Shown here: positions 37,688 through 51,569 of the stretch, piece by piece
Numbering within the stretch: position 1 is the first letter of the stretch
Layout: each line of letters opens with the position of its first letter
Source of the DNA: Narcine bancroftii
Taxonomy: Eukaryota
Direction: 5' to 3'
Assembly: GCF_036971445.1 (NCBI RefSeq)
Contig: NC_091470.1
Span: 191,394,001-191,458,000, forward strand
DNA: 64,000 nt
Made by a program: the position numbers and the translations under genes
The notes under the pieces: model-generated
Databases searched by the model: none
What the model was told of the DNA's origin: nothing
What the model saw: the letters and a program-made list of their open reading frames with translations, nothing else

Positions 37688-38579
37688 GTTGTCACTTTCC
37701 CTGCTCCACAGTGTCCACCCGACCACCGAACCATCCCGATAGTACCGTCGCCCTTCCTATCCCTCCTGCTCCCCCTCAGATCATGGAGCCCCCGTTCTCC
37801 GTCGCTTCAGCGCGCTGCTGATTGGAAATCCCTGCCCACACTCGAAATCTCAAGCAAGCAGGGAATGTTGGAAACCCTCAAATTCAAGTTCAAAGAGTTT
37901 TAAATAGTAAAAGTAGACTTTATTCATAATAAATTATTTGCAGCCAAAAACCATTCAAATTCTTTTCGTACCTTTCATTTTGTATCCATACATTTCCATC
38001 ACTGTATATATTGTTACATTAATTTCCATTGCCACCACTGCGACACCTTGTAGTTAATCCCTCCAACCCATGTAGTGAGGGACTTACCCTTGGTCTCACC
38101 CTCTCAGTGCCCAGTAATGGGAGGGCTCTAGACTGTGGACCTTCTCCCCAGTGCCCCGACATTGGCTGCACCAAGCTTTAGTGCGTCCCTCACCACGCAC
38201 TCCTGCAGCCTGGAATGTGACAGTTGGCAGCACTCCCTCATCAACATCTCTATGTGCTGACAGACCATCAGAGTTTAGACAGACAAATGGTCACCTTTAA
38301 CCAAATTTATGGTGTTCCAGTGGTCCTCAATGTTTGACTGTGTGTGCGACCCTGGGAATAAGTTCAAGTTTATCATCTGACTGCACATATACTGTACTGA
38401 ACCAGACAAAAGAGCATTTCTCCAGACTATAAGTGTGTGCGCACACAATAATCGCGTCTAAAGATGAATAGATGATGTAAAATAAATAAATAGAAATATT
38501 TTGGAATTATTTATTTATTACAGAATATTGCTTATCAATCTCAAAGCCAGCAGGAAGAAGCTATTACCCAACCTGGCAG

Positions 38580-39385
38580 TACAATTTAATGCAGACAAGT
38601 GTGAGGTGTTGTATGTTGAAAGGGCCAACCAAGGGAGGGTTTACACAGTAAATGATAGGGCCCTGAGGATTGCAGAGGAACAAAGGGATCTGGGAATACA
38701 GAAACATTATTCCCTGAAGGTGGTGTCACATGTGAACAGGGTTGTAAAGAAAGCTTTTGACATCTTAGCCTTTATAAATCAAAGATTTGAGTACAGGAGT
38801 TGGGATGTTATGTTGAAGTTGCTTAAGACATTGGTGAGGCCAAATTTGGAATATTGTGTGCAGTTCTGGTTGCCAAACAACAGGAAGGATATCAATAAGA
38901 TTGAAAGAGGGCAGAGAAGATTTACTAGGCTGTTGCTGGGTCTTCAGGAGTTGAGTAACAGGGAAAGATTTATAGGCTAGGATTTTATTCCTTGGAGTGA
39001 AGAAGAATGAGGGGAGATGTGATGGAGATTTACAAGATTATGAGAAGTATAAACAGAGTGGATGCAAGTCAGCTTTTTCCACTTGGATTGGGGGAGATAA
39101 ATATAAGAGGTCATTGTTTTAAGCTGAAAGGGGAAAGGTTTAGGCAGAACATCAGAAAGAAGTTCTTCACTCAGAGAGTGGTGGGAGTGTGGAAACGAGC
39201 TGCCATTTGATGTGGTGAATGTCGACTCATCTTAGTTTTAAGAATAAATTGGATAGATACATGGACAGGAGAAGTCTGGAGGGTTATGGAATGAGAGCAG
39301 GTCAGTGGGACTAGGAAGATGATGGTCAGCACAGATTAGAAGGGCCGAATGTCCTGTTTTCTGTGCTATAACGTTCTATGGTTCT
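38580..39385 (+). mobile_element. CR1 LINE 3' fragment
   Basis: FNADKCEVL..LVRPNLEYCVQFW..FFTQRVV; TTCTATGGTTC tail. Confidence 0.85.
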
Positions 39386-41019
39386 TCTGATTTTGACTCT
39401 CCTTCCTGTTGGCAGTGGGTTAAAGATACTGAGTATTGGATGGAAAGGGCCTTCTGTAAATCTTGTCATCAACGAGGAAATATAGAAATGGAGATCACAG
39501 CACATAAGGCAGCTTCTGCGGGAGAAAATCAGTCAACAGCTCAAGCCGGCCTCTGACATAATGTTGCACTAATTAATGGGCTGAGGATCATTGGTGTTTA
39601 AACTGAGATGTTTCCCAAGAGTTTGCCCTTCTGCGACCCAGTGAGCACCTATCTCCAAACTGGCACATCCAATGAGAGCTGCTGGCGATACATCTCAGTT
39701 CTCCCAATGCTCACTATACCCAATATCAGCCACGGTGCCCACTCTAATTCACAAGCAGCACAGAAACAGGCCCTTTGGCCCATCATTGTGTCTACCATCA
39801 GACTGGTTCTCACCTACATCAAAAGTTATCCCACAGACCTTGTCTCTGGGAGAAAACAGGAGTTCATTGAAGAAACCCACATGGTGACAGGGAGAAAGTG
39901 CAACCTTCACAGCCAGTGCCGGAGATCAGCATCAAACCTGGGTCTCTGGAGCTACAAGGCATCATCTCTACCAGCCATGCCACTGCCCAGCCACATTGCT
40001 CATTGTCTCATTGTCATGGTACTCAATGACCATTGTACATGGATCCTACAGTGTTCACATTACCCAGTGCACTCTGTACCCAGTGTTCATTGTACTTTGT
40101 TTCTACTGTACCCAGTATATCTGATGCTCAGTATCCAGTGACCACTGATCCTGATGCCCATGTTACCAGTGCCCACATTACTGGTACCTGCTTTACTGGG
40201 CTCTGACCCTGGTTGGGAACCCTGTCCACCCAGATTGAGATACCAGTGATCACAGTCATCTGCTGGGTCTCCTCGTCCTAGTTTTGGGCATGATGCAGGC
40301 CTGGACCAGAACTGGGGTGCCTCTGCTCCACTTCACTGCCCATTAACCATATGAGGAGTGGGTGTGAGGAGCATGAGATGTGTTGGTGGGAAGTGATGCC
40401 AGGGTCTGAGTGACTGTGCAAGCTCTTCAGCAGAATATTTACAATAGGCCCAGTCAATTTGGCCTTCAGTGGTACATCAGTCCAAGTGCTGTTCCCCCCC
40501 CCCCTCCCCCCACCCTCATCAGTGGGGGGAAGTGGACACTCCCAAAGCAGGAGGCTGCCTTTGGCAACAGGAGAGTTGAGTCCAGAGCTGAACTGCTGGT
40601 TGGAAGCCTCAATTAGTATCTGAACCTTGTCTCTGGTCTCATGACCTCATGCCAGCTGGTTCATTGTTTAAACTGATCATAATCTCTTGGTATTTTGGAG
40701 TAAAATTAAAAATATGAATAGGAGAGTATTGAACTTGAATTTAATTTTGCAAGAATATGACTTGGTTATGACTCATATAATAAGCAAGGATAATGTGCTT
40801 GCTGATTGCCTATGCAGATGTTGAATTTACAAATTGTTTCTGCAATATTTGTTTGTATTATATTGTAAAATAATGCGAAGTCCACCAGATAAATGGTTGA
40901 TTGCAGTTTAAAATTTTGACCTTTTAGAAGTTCAAATTTTCTCTGTGGGAAGGTGGTGTTACAGATTTGTGTTAAACTTTAAATTAAAATCTTTCATTAT
41001 AAAATATATATTTCTTAGT

Positions 41020-42125
41020 TAACATAGAACATAGAACAATACAGCACAGAACAAGCCCTTTGGACCTTGATATTGAGCCAACAAATATATCCCTTCCTAA
41101 AAATTGCAAAACCACCTTACCCCATAGCCCTCTATTTTGCTTTCATCCTTGTGTCTGTCTAAGAGTCTCTTAAGTGCCTCTAATGTTTCAGCTTTCACCA
41201 TAATCCCTGGCAAAGCATTTCAGGCTCCCACTATGCTCTGGGTAAAAAAAACCTACTCCTGACATCTCCCCTAAACTTCCTTCCCTTCACTTTGTACAAA
41301 TGTCCTCTGATGCTTGCTGATTCTGCCCTAGGAAACGGGTGCTGGCTGTCCACCCTATCTATGCTTCTCATAATCTTGTACACCTCTATTAAGTCAACTC
41401 TCATCCTTCTACACTCCAAAGAGAATTGTCCCAGCTCTGCTAACCTTGTCTCACAAGACTTGTTTCCCAATCTAGATAACATCCTGGTAAATCTCCTCTG
41501 CACCCTCTCCATAGCTTCCACTTCCTTCCTTTATGAGGTGACCAGGACTAAACACAATACTCTGTGTTTTATTTCCAGAGATTTGGAGAATTGCAACAAT
41601 GATCTCTCTACTCCTGAATTCAATTCATCTATTAATGAATCCCAACATCCCATAGGCCTTCTTAATTATCTTATCAAGCTATGCAGCAACCTTGAGGGAT
41701 GTATGGATTTTCACCCCAAGCTCCTTCTGTTCATCCACACTTTTAAGTATCCAACCATTAATCCTGAACTCAGCCTTCCAGTTTGTCCTTCCAAAATGCA
41801 TCACCTCACACTTACCCAGATTGAAATTCATCTGCAACTTTTCTGTCCAACTCTGCATCCTACCTATATCCTTTTGTAACCTTCAACAACCTTCAGCTCC
41901 ATCAACTCCTCTAACCTTTGTGTCATCTGCAAACTTACTGACCCATCCTTCCACCTCTTCATCCAAATCATTTATAAAACTCACCAAGAGCAGGGCTCCC
42001 AGAACGGTTCCTTGTGACACTCCACTAGTCACCGACCTCCAGGAAGAATACTCTCCTTCCACTACTACTCTCTGCTTTCTTCATACAAGCCAATATTTTT
42101 ACCCATACAGGTAATTTTCCACTGA
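41020..42125 (-). mobile_element. CR1 LINE 3' fragment
   Basis: KFADDTK, ERVQRRFTRML, DLIEVYKIM; tail repeats aacatagaacatagaac. Confidence 0.85.
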
Positions 42126-42988
42126 TCCTGTGTTATAGAGTTAAATATATTTTTAGTGAGGGAACTGTGGGCTGGATTCAGGATAACACAGAAACACCAC
42201 AGATCTTTACACAGAAGTCATTTTTGGAGTTGCTGCATCTGGAAAACAGAGCCACAAAGCTGGAGAAGTGCTTTTAATTGAAGCTCAAGTACCATGTGTG
42301 GTTCTTAAAAGCATTTTTGTGTATGCACACCATTCTACTGGCTGAGGGAAGCCAGAATTTCCAGAAACATAAACCAATTAAATCTTTAGACTAAGATGAG
42401 GTCGATTGTTTTTATGGATATGAGGTGGTTTTGAAGTAAAGCAGAATATTTTTCAGAATGAAACTAAAACTGTGGTGATGTCACATCACATGATGTCAGA
42501 GAAATATAAATGAAGAGAGAGACACATTTTGAGACCACTGAAGAAAACTGGCCATCCTGTAAAAAGACAGAATTGAAATGGTAGTATCTGGAGAGAGAGG
42601 GAGATGCTATTCTGTATTCTGATATCCTTAACATAGGAGATACACAACATAAGTGTTTTTTTTTTAAGTCAGACCACTTCCAACTGCTCTTTTAAGAAAA
42701 GAGAGGCAGCCTCATTTGTGTCTAGAAGATGGTCATTCCTGTTTGAGAAAAATATTCCATTGGGAAGCTCACAGTTCTGCAACCGTAACAAGATAGGGGA
42801 AAATTGTGAAAACACGTGTGAGAAGAAGTATCTCTCTAAAAGAGACTTCTGAGTTTAAAGAGATCTGAAGATATAATGTTTACTTCTGAACTTTGATTTT
42901 AAAAGATCCTCAAATTCATCAAGATGTTTTAAACTGGACTTTAAAAATGATTTTTTTCAGAATCAAGCTTAAACAGTAATAATTTGGA

Positions 42989-43028
<40 letters not shown>

Positions 43029-44249
43029 GTTAGAGTTAAGTTTAGAAGAAGTAAGAAGGGTTATGTTATTAATAGTTTAATAAAAACTATTATTTTACAT
43101 TTACCATTGGGAATTTTCCATTGCTGTTCCATTATTAGGATGAATAACATTTTATTAGTTTGTAACAGTGGGTCACACACAGTGATACAAGTGTGATCCA
43201 TGTAAATGGGGGACCCACACAGTAAATCACATGTGATCCATGTAAATGGTGGGATACACACAGTGACGTACACAATCCCAAGGTGACATGGGGGGGGGGG
43301 GGGGTTGTAACTCCCTATCGGTCAGGGTCCTCTAATCCCTTCCAAACCTTGGGCTTTAACTGGTGATATTTGAAGGCAGGGAGGGAATGACACTTCAACA
43401 GACATTCCCTGCCCACCCTCTCCATCAGAGGCCACATACAGAGCTAGGGGAAGAAGACCTGCGGCAGCGAGGGCAAGCAGCTCCCATAACAGGTGATGTT
43501 CCCTGAGTTACCGATTTATACACAACACATGGGAGACCACCTGAGCACAACAAGTGTCAACAGAAGTAGAGCACAAGGTCTCAAATGGTCTCTGCAAGTG
43601 AAAGCTCAGCTCTGCAATGCAACCAGGAGGGTGCTTGGAGAAGTGAAACTTGCCCCGTGCTTCCAAGAGGAAGTAACACGAAGCCTAAAATGGAATGATC
43701 ACGGAGCTTCTACACTGGAATGCACAGTCCTGCATTGGGAAATGCTGCCCTAAAGCAGACCTGAAATGGGTGCGTTGATCCTTAGGTCACACGGACCAAA
43801 ACCTCAGCAACAATGATAAGAATGTGTGTTAGACTTGGCCCAGTGGGGATCGTAGATGAATGGTCAATGATGAAAGGCTTGAGTATATAAGGAGGCTGGG
43901 ACCAGTAGAAGGGACAGAGCCTCACCATCATATCCAAGACTGGAGGGCAACTCTGCTTTAAGTTTATGGCCCCCTTTCCCTGTGAAGCTGAGAAGCTTTA
44001 GTTTCTTTCATACTTCTCTCTTAATGACTACATAAAAAACATTTAAAGATATTTATGTTACGGGAGGTGAAAAGAAAACAAGGCTTTTATATAAATGTGC
44101 CATGGGGCCCTTGTTGGGAATGGCTGGTTTAGGGTAAGGGGTAGAAGGTTCTGAGGGAACCTGTAGAAGAACACTTTCACCCAAAGAAAGCCTGAGGGTG
44201 TGATGGCATCAGAGACTCCTCACAATTGAAGAAGAATCTGGATGTGGAA

Positions 44250-45405
44250 AGGAAAGGCTGTGAATGTTGCCTCCATGGATTTTAGTAAAGGTTTTGGCAA
44301 GGTCCCACAAGGGAAGTTAATTCAGAAGTTTCAGACACTAGGTATCCATGGATTGGTTGTAAACTGGATTAGGAATAGGCTGTATGGGAGAAAACTGGAG
44401 ACCTTTGGCTAATGGTGTGCTTTAAGGATCGGTGCTGAGACCATTGTTGTTTGTTGTCTATATCAATTATTTGGATGATAAAGTGGTAAATTGGATCAGC
44501 AGGTTTGCTGATGACACAAAGATAGGAGGGTTGTGGACAGTGAGGAAGATTTTTAAGCTTGCAAAGGGATCTGGACCAACTGGAATAATGGGCCAAAAAA
44601 TGGAAGGTGGAGTTTAATGCAGACAAGTGTGAGGTGATGCATTTTGGAAGGGCAAACAAAGGTAGGACATAGACAGTAAATGGTCGTGCACTGAGGAGTG
44701 TGGAGGAACAGAGGGATCTGGGAATACAGATATATAATTCCCTGAAAGTGGCATCACAGGTGGATAGGGTTGTAAAGAGAGCTTTTGGCATATTGATTTT
44801 CATAAATCAAAGTATTGGGTATTGAGTATAAGAGTTGGGATGTTATGTTGAAGTTGCTTAAGACATTGGTGAGGCCAAATTTGGAGCTTCGTATGCAGTT
44901 CTGGTCACCTAACTACAGGAAGGATGTCAATAAGATTGAAAGAGGACAGAGAAGATTTACTAGGATGTTGCTGGTCTTCAGGAGTTGAGTTACAGGGAAA
45001 GATTAAAGAGGTTCAAACTTTATTTCTTGGAGTGAAGAAGAATGAAGGGAGATTTGATAGAAGTTTACAACATTATGAGAGGTGTAGACAGAGTGGATGC
45101 AAGTCAACTTTTTCCATTTAAATTGGGGGAAATAAATACGAGAGTTTTAAGCTGAAAGGGGAAAGGTTTAGGGGGAACATTAGGGGGAGGTTCCTCACAG
45201 AGAGTGATGGGAGAGTGGAATGAACTGCCATCTGACGTGGTGAATGCGGGCTCGATCTTGTGTTTTAAGAATAGATTAGATTGATACATAGATGGGAGAG
45301 GTGTGGAGGGTTATGGAATGGGAGCAGGTCAATGGGACTAGGGAGATGATCAGCACAGGCTAGAGGGGCTGAAGGGCCTGCTTTCTGTGTTCTATGGTTC
45401 TATGG
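44250..45405 (+). mobile_element. CR1 LINE RT and 3' fragment
   Basis: DFSK, PLLFVVYINYLD..SRFADDTKIGG, 3' UTR ttctatggttctatgg. Confidence 0.85.
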
Positions 45406-46651
45406 ATGAGCCATCAAGACATAGAGGGCTACAGCTCATGCTGGTAAATGGGATGAGTGTGGATACGTGTTTGTTGGTCTCAGATACTTCTGCCAAGGGG
45501 AATGTTTCCTATTGCCCACCAGTTCATACCTCTCAAAATTGTGGTGCCCTCTATCAGACTCCTGCAGCCTTTTCCACTTCATGGAAAACAAACCCAACTT
45601 ATCCAACCTCTCCTCATACTGGCAACAAACTGATGAATCTCCTCTACACCCTGTCTGGTGCAATCACATATCTCCTGTGGCACAGTGACCAGTAATGTAC
45701 ACAGTACTCCAGCTGTAAAGTTGTACCAGTTCTGGACACTCTGGACAGGGTGCAGAAGAAATTTATCAAGATGTTACCTGGAATGGGAAACAAATCTTAT
45801 GAGTCAAGTCAGCAAAGCTGGGACTTTTCATTTTGGAGTGCAGAAGGATGAGAGGAGACGATAGAGGTCTACAAGACATGCACCTGTTTCCCAGGGCAGA
45901 ATCAGCAAACACCGAAGGACTTCTGTACAAAGTGAAGGGAGGGAAGTTTAGGGGAGACACCAGGGTTGTTTTTTTTACAAAGAGAGTTGTGGGTGCCTGG
46001 AATGCCTCGCCAGGGGTGGTGGTAGGGGCATTTAAGAGGCATGTAGATGAAAGGAAAATAGAGGATTTGGGGTAGGGAGGGTTTAGTATTTTTGAGAAGG
46101 AATATATGGGTCAGCACAACATCGAGGGCCGAAGGGCCTGTACTTTACTGCATTGTTCTATGTTGAAGATCCCTGCTCCAATATTCCATGACCTGACTAA
46201 GTAAGGCATGCTTTCCTAATCACCTATCCAGGTGTGCTGCTTCCTTAAGGGATGGATGCCCAGCACCCAGTTTCTAACCCAGCCACACTGTTTCACCACT
46301 AATTTGGGGAGTGTTGTGTCCTAGGACCTGGAACCTGAGAAATTAGAAACTCCAGGATAACAGCTTCCCCATGAATTACAAAAATGCCGCAAGTGCTTGA
46401 AATCTTGGGAATACTCATCGGGTCAGTCAGCGTCCGTGTCGAGAGGCGCAAAGTTACCACCTCAGACCCAGTTGGGGGCCCCAACTCTAAAATCAGCCAA
46501 TGAGTAGGTAGCCTGCGGAATGCATCACCAGCTACCGGGAAGAAAATATTCGGGCTGCTTTCAGCCTCTCTCAGCCACCGAGGCTCAGGCGCCCTCTGCA
46601 TCCGCGGATCCACATATTTCTGTTAAAGTAGGTGGGTACCGATGGAATTCT

Positions 46652-46716
46652 GGCCAATAGCTGACCATGGATAATTTTCATCACCGGTTGTCAGGCAAAA
46701 GCAGCAGTGAAGGTGT
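46652..46716 (-). promoter_or_regulatory. Second (orphan) S/X/Y-like module
   Basis: Minus strand ACACCTT (S-like), 14 bp, CCTGACAACCGGTG (X), 20 bp, GCTATTGGCC (Y). Confidence 0.55.
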
Positions 46717-46855
46717 GAATCTGTGCAGGACTTGGGATGGTAATGAGTTAGCTTATTGCCAGACACACAAGTACAATGCATTTGAAATTCTTACTTCCTG
46801 CAGCAAAACCTTGTAACGAGAAAACCAAATCAAATAATATATTTTAACTTACTGT

Positions 46856-49272
46856 TGTGGTGACCCACTACTCGATAGGTGTCCTGACACACAAGATGGC
46901 TGTTGAACACGGCGATCCCACATGGACCACACCAACTAAATGGCCTTTTTCACGCCGCACAGTGGGAAACGACGAGCACTGGCGGCATCACTGACCAATT
47001 GGCGGTCGGCAAGCCAGTGACATAATTGCCGCTGGAAGCAGCACGACACTAGGCCCCGTGGGCCTATATAAAGCAGGGCAAACCACTCAATAAACCAGAT
47101 TTGACTGTACTCACGGAGTGTGCGTCTTGTTTCTGTGCCCTCCTGTGTAGCACATGCTACATTGGTGACCCCAACTGGTTCAAACCATGTTTTGGACCCA
47201 GCGATGGAAGAGCAAGCAAAGCTCCATGAAGTTTTACTGAAATTGCCGACATTCTGGCCACAACCACTGGTGTGATTCAAGCAGGCTGAGGCCCAGTTAC
47301 AGCTACGACAGATCACAGCTGACAACATGAGGTACCACTACTTGATGAGCTTGCTCAACCAGGACACAGCCACCAGGGTCATTGATTTCCTCTGGCAGCC
47401 TCTGGAGCAGGACAGATATGTGGTCCTAAAAGAGCTTTTAACTCGCACAGGGCCCCTTGATGAGTGACATGATAGGTTTAACTGATGTGCACAAGCATTG
47501 CCTGCTCTTCAAGCAGATATTCCTGGAGTGACTACCAGAGGATATCCGACTGCTGCTTGCTGAAGGAGGATTTCAGTGACCCCAGGAAGGTTGCAGTCTG
47601 AGCAGACATGTTCTAGGGAACAAAAAGAGACAACAGTGTTGTGGTGGAGCAAGTCACAAAGCCTCACATGCACCCAGTGAGCAGTATTGCTTCTCTCACT
47701 TGCGATGGGGTTTAAAGACCTGTCGATGCTGTCCCCCCACCCCCATGTTCCAAGGAAACACCACAGCCGACCGTCGTTAGTAGCTGCAACGCCCAGCCAT
47801 TGAGACAGCCTCCTCCACATGTGGGCAATGGTTCCTTGTCACATCCTGCCCCCCCTCAGACTCTGATACTCGTAACAGGAAACTGGGCCCATCCCTGAGG
47901 GCTGTGAACAATTCCAATGTAAGAACTTTGCTTCAGAGACAGACAATTCACATGACATTCACCCTGGTGGCAGTGCAACAACCACTCCTAGGAGCGGATT
48001 TCCTCAGGGCGCATTACCTGTTAGTGGACCTCAGGGGCGGGAGGTCAAGCTACCCGCTCCCAACTACATTTCATTACCACCACCAGCGAAGAGTTTGCAC
48101 ACATCCTGGCAGAATTGCCTCTGTTGTGGTGCCACAGTTTACTCAGCAGAACTGAAACATGGGTTACGGCACCACATCCTCACAAAGGATGGGGGGAGGT
48201 GGCATGTCCTTCTCCATGCCAGGGCACACCGTCTCACAAAGAGTTCCAAAAGATGGAAGAGCTGGGAATCGTGCAGCAGTCCAACAGTCCCTGGGCATCC
48301 CCCCCCCCCCTACACATGGTACTGAAGGCAGCAGGGGGACGGACAGGTATCTGTTGCCCCACATACAGGGCTTTACTGTTAACTTACAGGGGGCACGGAT
48401 ATTTCTGAAGGTCGAACTTATCAGGGGCTATCACCAGATCCCGGTCCACCCTGAGGACATTGCTAAAACTGCCATCATCACACCCTTCATTTTGTTTGAG
48501 TTCCTCAGGTTGCCCTTCGGGCTAAAAAACATGGCTCAGACATTCTAGAAGCTGATGGACGCAGTGGGCCAGGATCTTAGACGTGTTCATTTACTTGGAT
48601 AACATGCTGATAGCCATCCATAACCACAAAGAACATGAGCCCTGCATCAGGCAGTTATGCACCCACCTCAGTGCATTTGGCCTGACCATCAACCCGGACA
48701 AATGCCAATTGGGGTGAGAGCCAATAGACTTCCTGGGCCACAGGATTAATAGACACAAGGTGACACCTCTGTCTGAAAAGGCAGAAGCTGCCAGGTGCTT
48801 CACCAAGCCACACGGTGAAAGGCCTCAAGGAGTTCGCTGGTATGATTAATTCCTTTCACCGCTTCACATGCGTGGCTCAAACCATCACATTTGGACACCA
48901 TCAACCAATCACCCCACCACCCCACATCGTAAAGGCAAGCCACCAAAATCCACCAAAAGACAGCTCACGGATCATCAGGTCTGGGGGGGGGGGGAGGGGG
49001 GGTAGTCACGTGGTAGTCCGCTACCCGATAGGCATCCTGGCACACGAGATGGTGGTTGAACGTGGCGATCCCACAAGAACCACACCAACTAAATGGCCTT
49101 TCTTCCTGGGCTGCAGATCATGCAGCAGAAAACAACGAGTACTGGCGGGAATGCCGACCAATTGGTGATGTCATTTCCACTGATATAAAGCAGGATAAAC
49201 AACTCAATAAACCAGTATCAATTGTACTCATAGTGTGTCTTTTTTCTGTGCCCTGCGGTAGCATGTGCTACA
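46856..49272 (+). mobile_element. Degenerate, internally deleted Gypsy element with both LTRs
   Basis: LTRs about 46856-47161 and 49009-49272 (TG...GCTACA, diverged); 4-bp TSD CTGT; PBS TGGTGACCCC (tRNA-Trp-like); G-rich PPT; gag KLPTFW and RT ELIRGYHQIPV..LPFGLKN remnants. Confidence 0.85.
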
Positions 49273-49979
49273 CTGTACGCTAAAGATAATAAATATTAAA
49301 TGGTGGAGAGATAATTGATATTTATAATTTCAGTAATGCAAGTCCTTAGAACAGACAATATTTTGTGTTTATGATTAACATAGAACATTACAGCACAGTA
49401 CAGGCCCTTCAACCCTCGATATTGCGCTGACCTCTATTCCTTCTTCAAAAATACAAATACATGAGAAAAAAGGAGGGAGAGCTGGCAGTGCTCCCATTCC
49501 CTCCCTTGACAGTCACCCAGTTACTGAGTTTTAGGGGTGACTGCCTCCCCGAAACTCCTCTCTATCATTACCTCTTCCTCCCTTATAATCCGAAGTGCAT
49601 CCAGCTCTAGCCCCAGTCCCTTAACTCGGTTTTTTAGGAGCCACACCTTTTGCTGGTGTAGTCATCAGGAAAAAACTGCTCTTGAGCATAGAGGTACTGG
49701 TTTTCAAGCTTCTGCCCAAAGGTGGCAGTGAGAAGAGGTTGCTACCAGAGGGGTGGTGGCCATTTATGATGTTGGCTATCTTCTTGAGGCAGCGCCTCAC
49801 ATGCATATCTGCAATGGAAGGGTGGCCAGAGCCTGTGATGGACCTGGCCATGTTTGCTACCTTCTGCAGCTTCCTGGACATTCAAATTCCCAAACCAGGC
49901 TGAAATGCAACCAGTCAGCCTAGTTTCCCCAGTGCATTTGCAGAAGTCTGATGAAGTATCCAATGCCGCCAAATCCTCT

Positions 49980-51560
49980 TAAAAATTAATTGTCCCGGGG
50001 AGCAAGAAGTACACATGTTGCTGGTTAATGAACGTGGACCAATGGCACCTGAGGTGGGGAAAAGTTTTGAAAAAGATATAGCCCCCAAGGAGGATGTCTG
50101 GGCTTCATGTACACTTCTGATCTGAGCTCCAACAGAACTCCATACACTGAACCCTGGTGAAGATGCTGGAGATCTGGTTTGGAGCGGCTGAGGCATGTAA
50201 CAAAAATTGGTTGGATCAGATTGCAAAGGTCAACAAGAAACTGTGTCTGTGGGAGCTGTGCTCTGTCTCAATAAAGGGGAAGAACCTGGTCACCAAGAGT
50301 GAGGTGCTGTGGTGGTCACCCTCACCAAGGCAGTCTTCCAGTTCATATGGGCATCCAAAATTGAAAGGGTTTGAAGGGTCACCATTTAAAAGTCACCAGA
50401 CAATGGAGGCGAGAGGGTACCCAATGAGGGCCCACAACTTCATGTGTGGCTGCATTGGGCTGTGCGTGGAACCAACTTACCAAGTGCTGCTGTGTACTGA
50501 GGATCTACCTGTCCCAGGTTTTGTGAAGGATTGGCCTGGTCCTTTGGCCACACAGTGTCCCAGTCACTGGATCTTGGGTGGTTCCATCAGCAGACTGTCC
50601 AGGACATCTGGCAGAATGTGTCATCGGCAGTGCTCACTAATCACCATCAAGACATGGCCTGGCTGGTGTTAAGGAAAGCTCTCCCAGTCAGGTCCTGCCT
50701 GTACTCCAGAAATATTTCCTGCGCGTTGTCAACGCATGGTGACCCCGAGATACGGTGGAGTGGAGACAGTCTTTGCAGAACATGGATTTGCTGAAGATGG
50801 TTGGTGCTTGGGTTCCCTCCCAGCTGCACAGTGTTGATTGACTGCACTCAGCAAATGCAGGGCTGGAGGGTTGGGGGTGATGGAGGGGGGGTGGGCAGAT
50901 GTGGCGGAAGGTGGCAACTCTAGCTGGGGCGATGGAGGGGGAGCACGGATATTTACCTGGGTGAATGTGGTTCCAACATCCCCCAGGACAAAGCAACGAC
51001 TTGATTGACAGGTCTGTTTCATGTTAACCATTGTGGTGCTGTCATGGGATGTGGAAACAGACCCTTCAGCCCATCATGTCCTGCCAACAATCATATTCTG
51101 TCCACATGAACCACATCCCAGCCCTATCACTCAGGCACATTTATAATCTGATTTAAACAATTAAATTTTCACGGTTCATCCCCAGCAGCAGTGTGTCAGA
51201 CGACTCTCTGATCTATGGACTGTTCCCAGGGATGCACACAGAATCTCCATAACCACTGGAAAACCATCAACTTGGTAAAAGATGCACTTTAGCATGCCCA
51301 AATATTTGTCTTTCAGCATACATGCTGAGGTCAATGCAAAGGTGCTGGGGGTGCGGGGAGGTGGGGGGGAAAGGTCCAGTCTAGAGTCCTCCCATTACCA
51401 GGCACTGAGGGCCTGAGACTGAGGGGAAGTCCCTCAAACAACAGTGATGGTGGGGACGGGTGGCGAAGGAAGAAACGACAAGGTGTCACAGTGGTGAATG
51501 TAACAATCTACAGAGAAGGGAATGTATGGAAACGAAACAATAGGAAGAGACTGCACTATG
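49980..51560 (+). mobile_element. Tx1-like (L1 clade) LINE 3' fragments
   Basis: KMLEIWFG..SIKGKNLV; HQDMAWLVLRKALPVRS; related copies at about 360-530 and 1115-1800 (+), 31490-31793, 37900-38360, 57040-57560 and 59990-60600 (-). Confidence 0.7.
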
Positions 51561-51569
51561 TGGACATAG

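Noticed and set aside
42131-44060. Two LTR-like segments (about 42131-43167 and 43306-44060)
   Set aside because: TG starts and LTR-like composition, but no TSD or internal domain could be confirmed.
46299-46613. ORF as a class II beta exon
   Set aside because: No conserved beta-1 Cys/Trp/Asn pattern, weak hydrophobic core and no clear donor; kept only as a possible relic.
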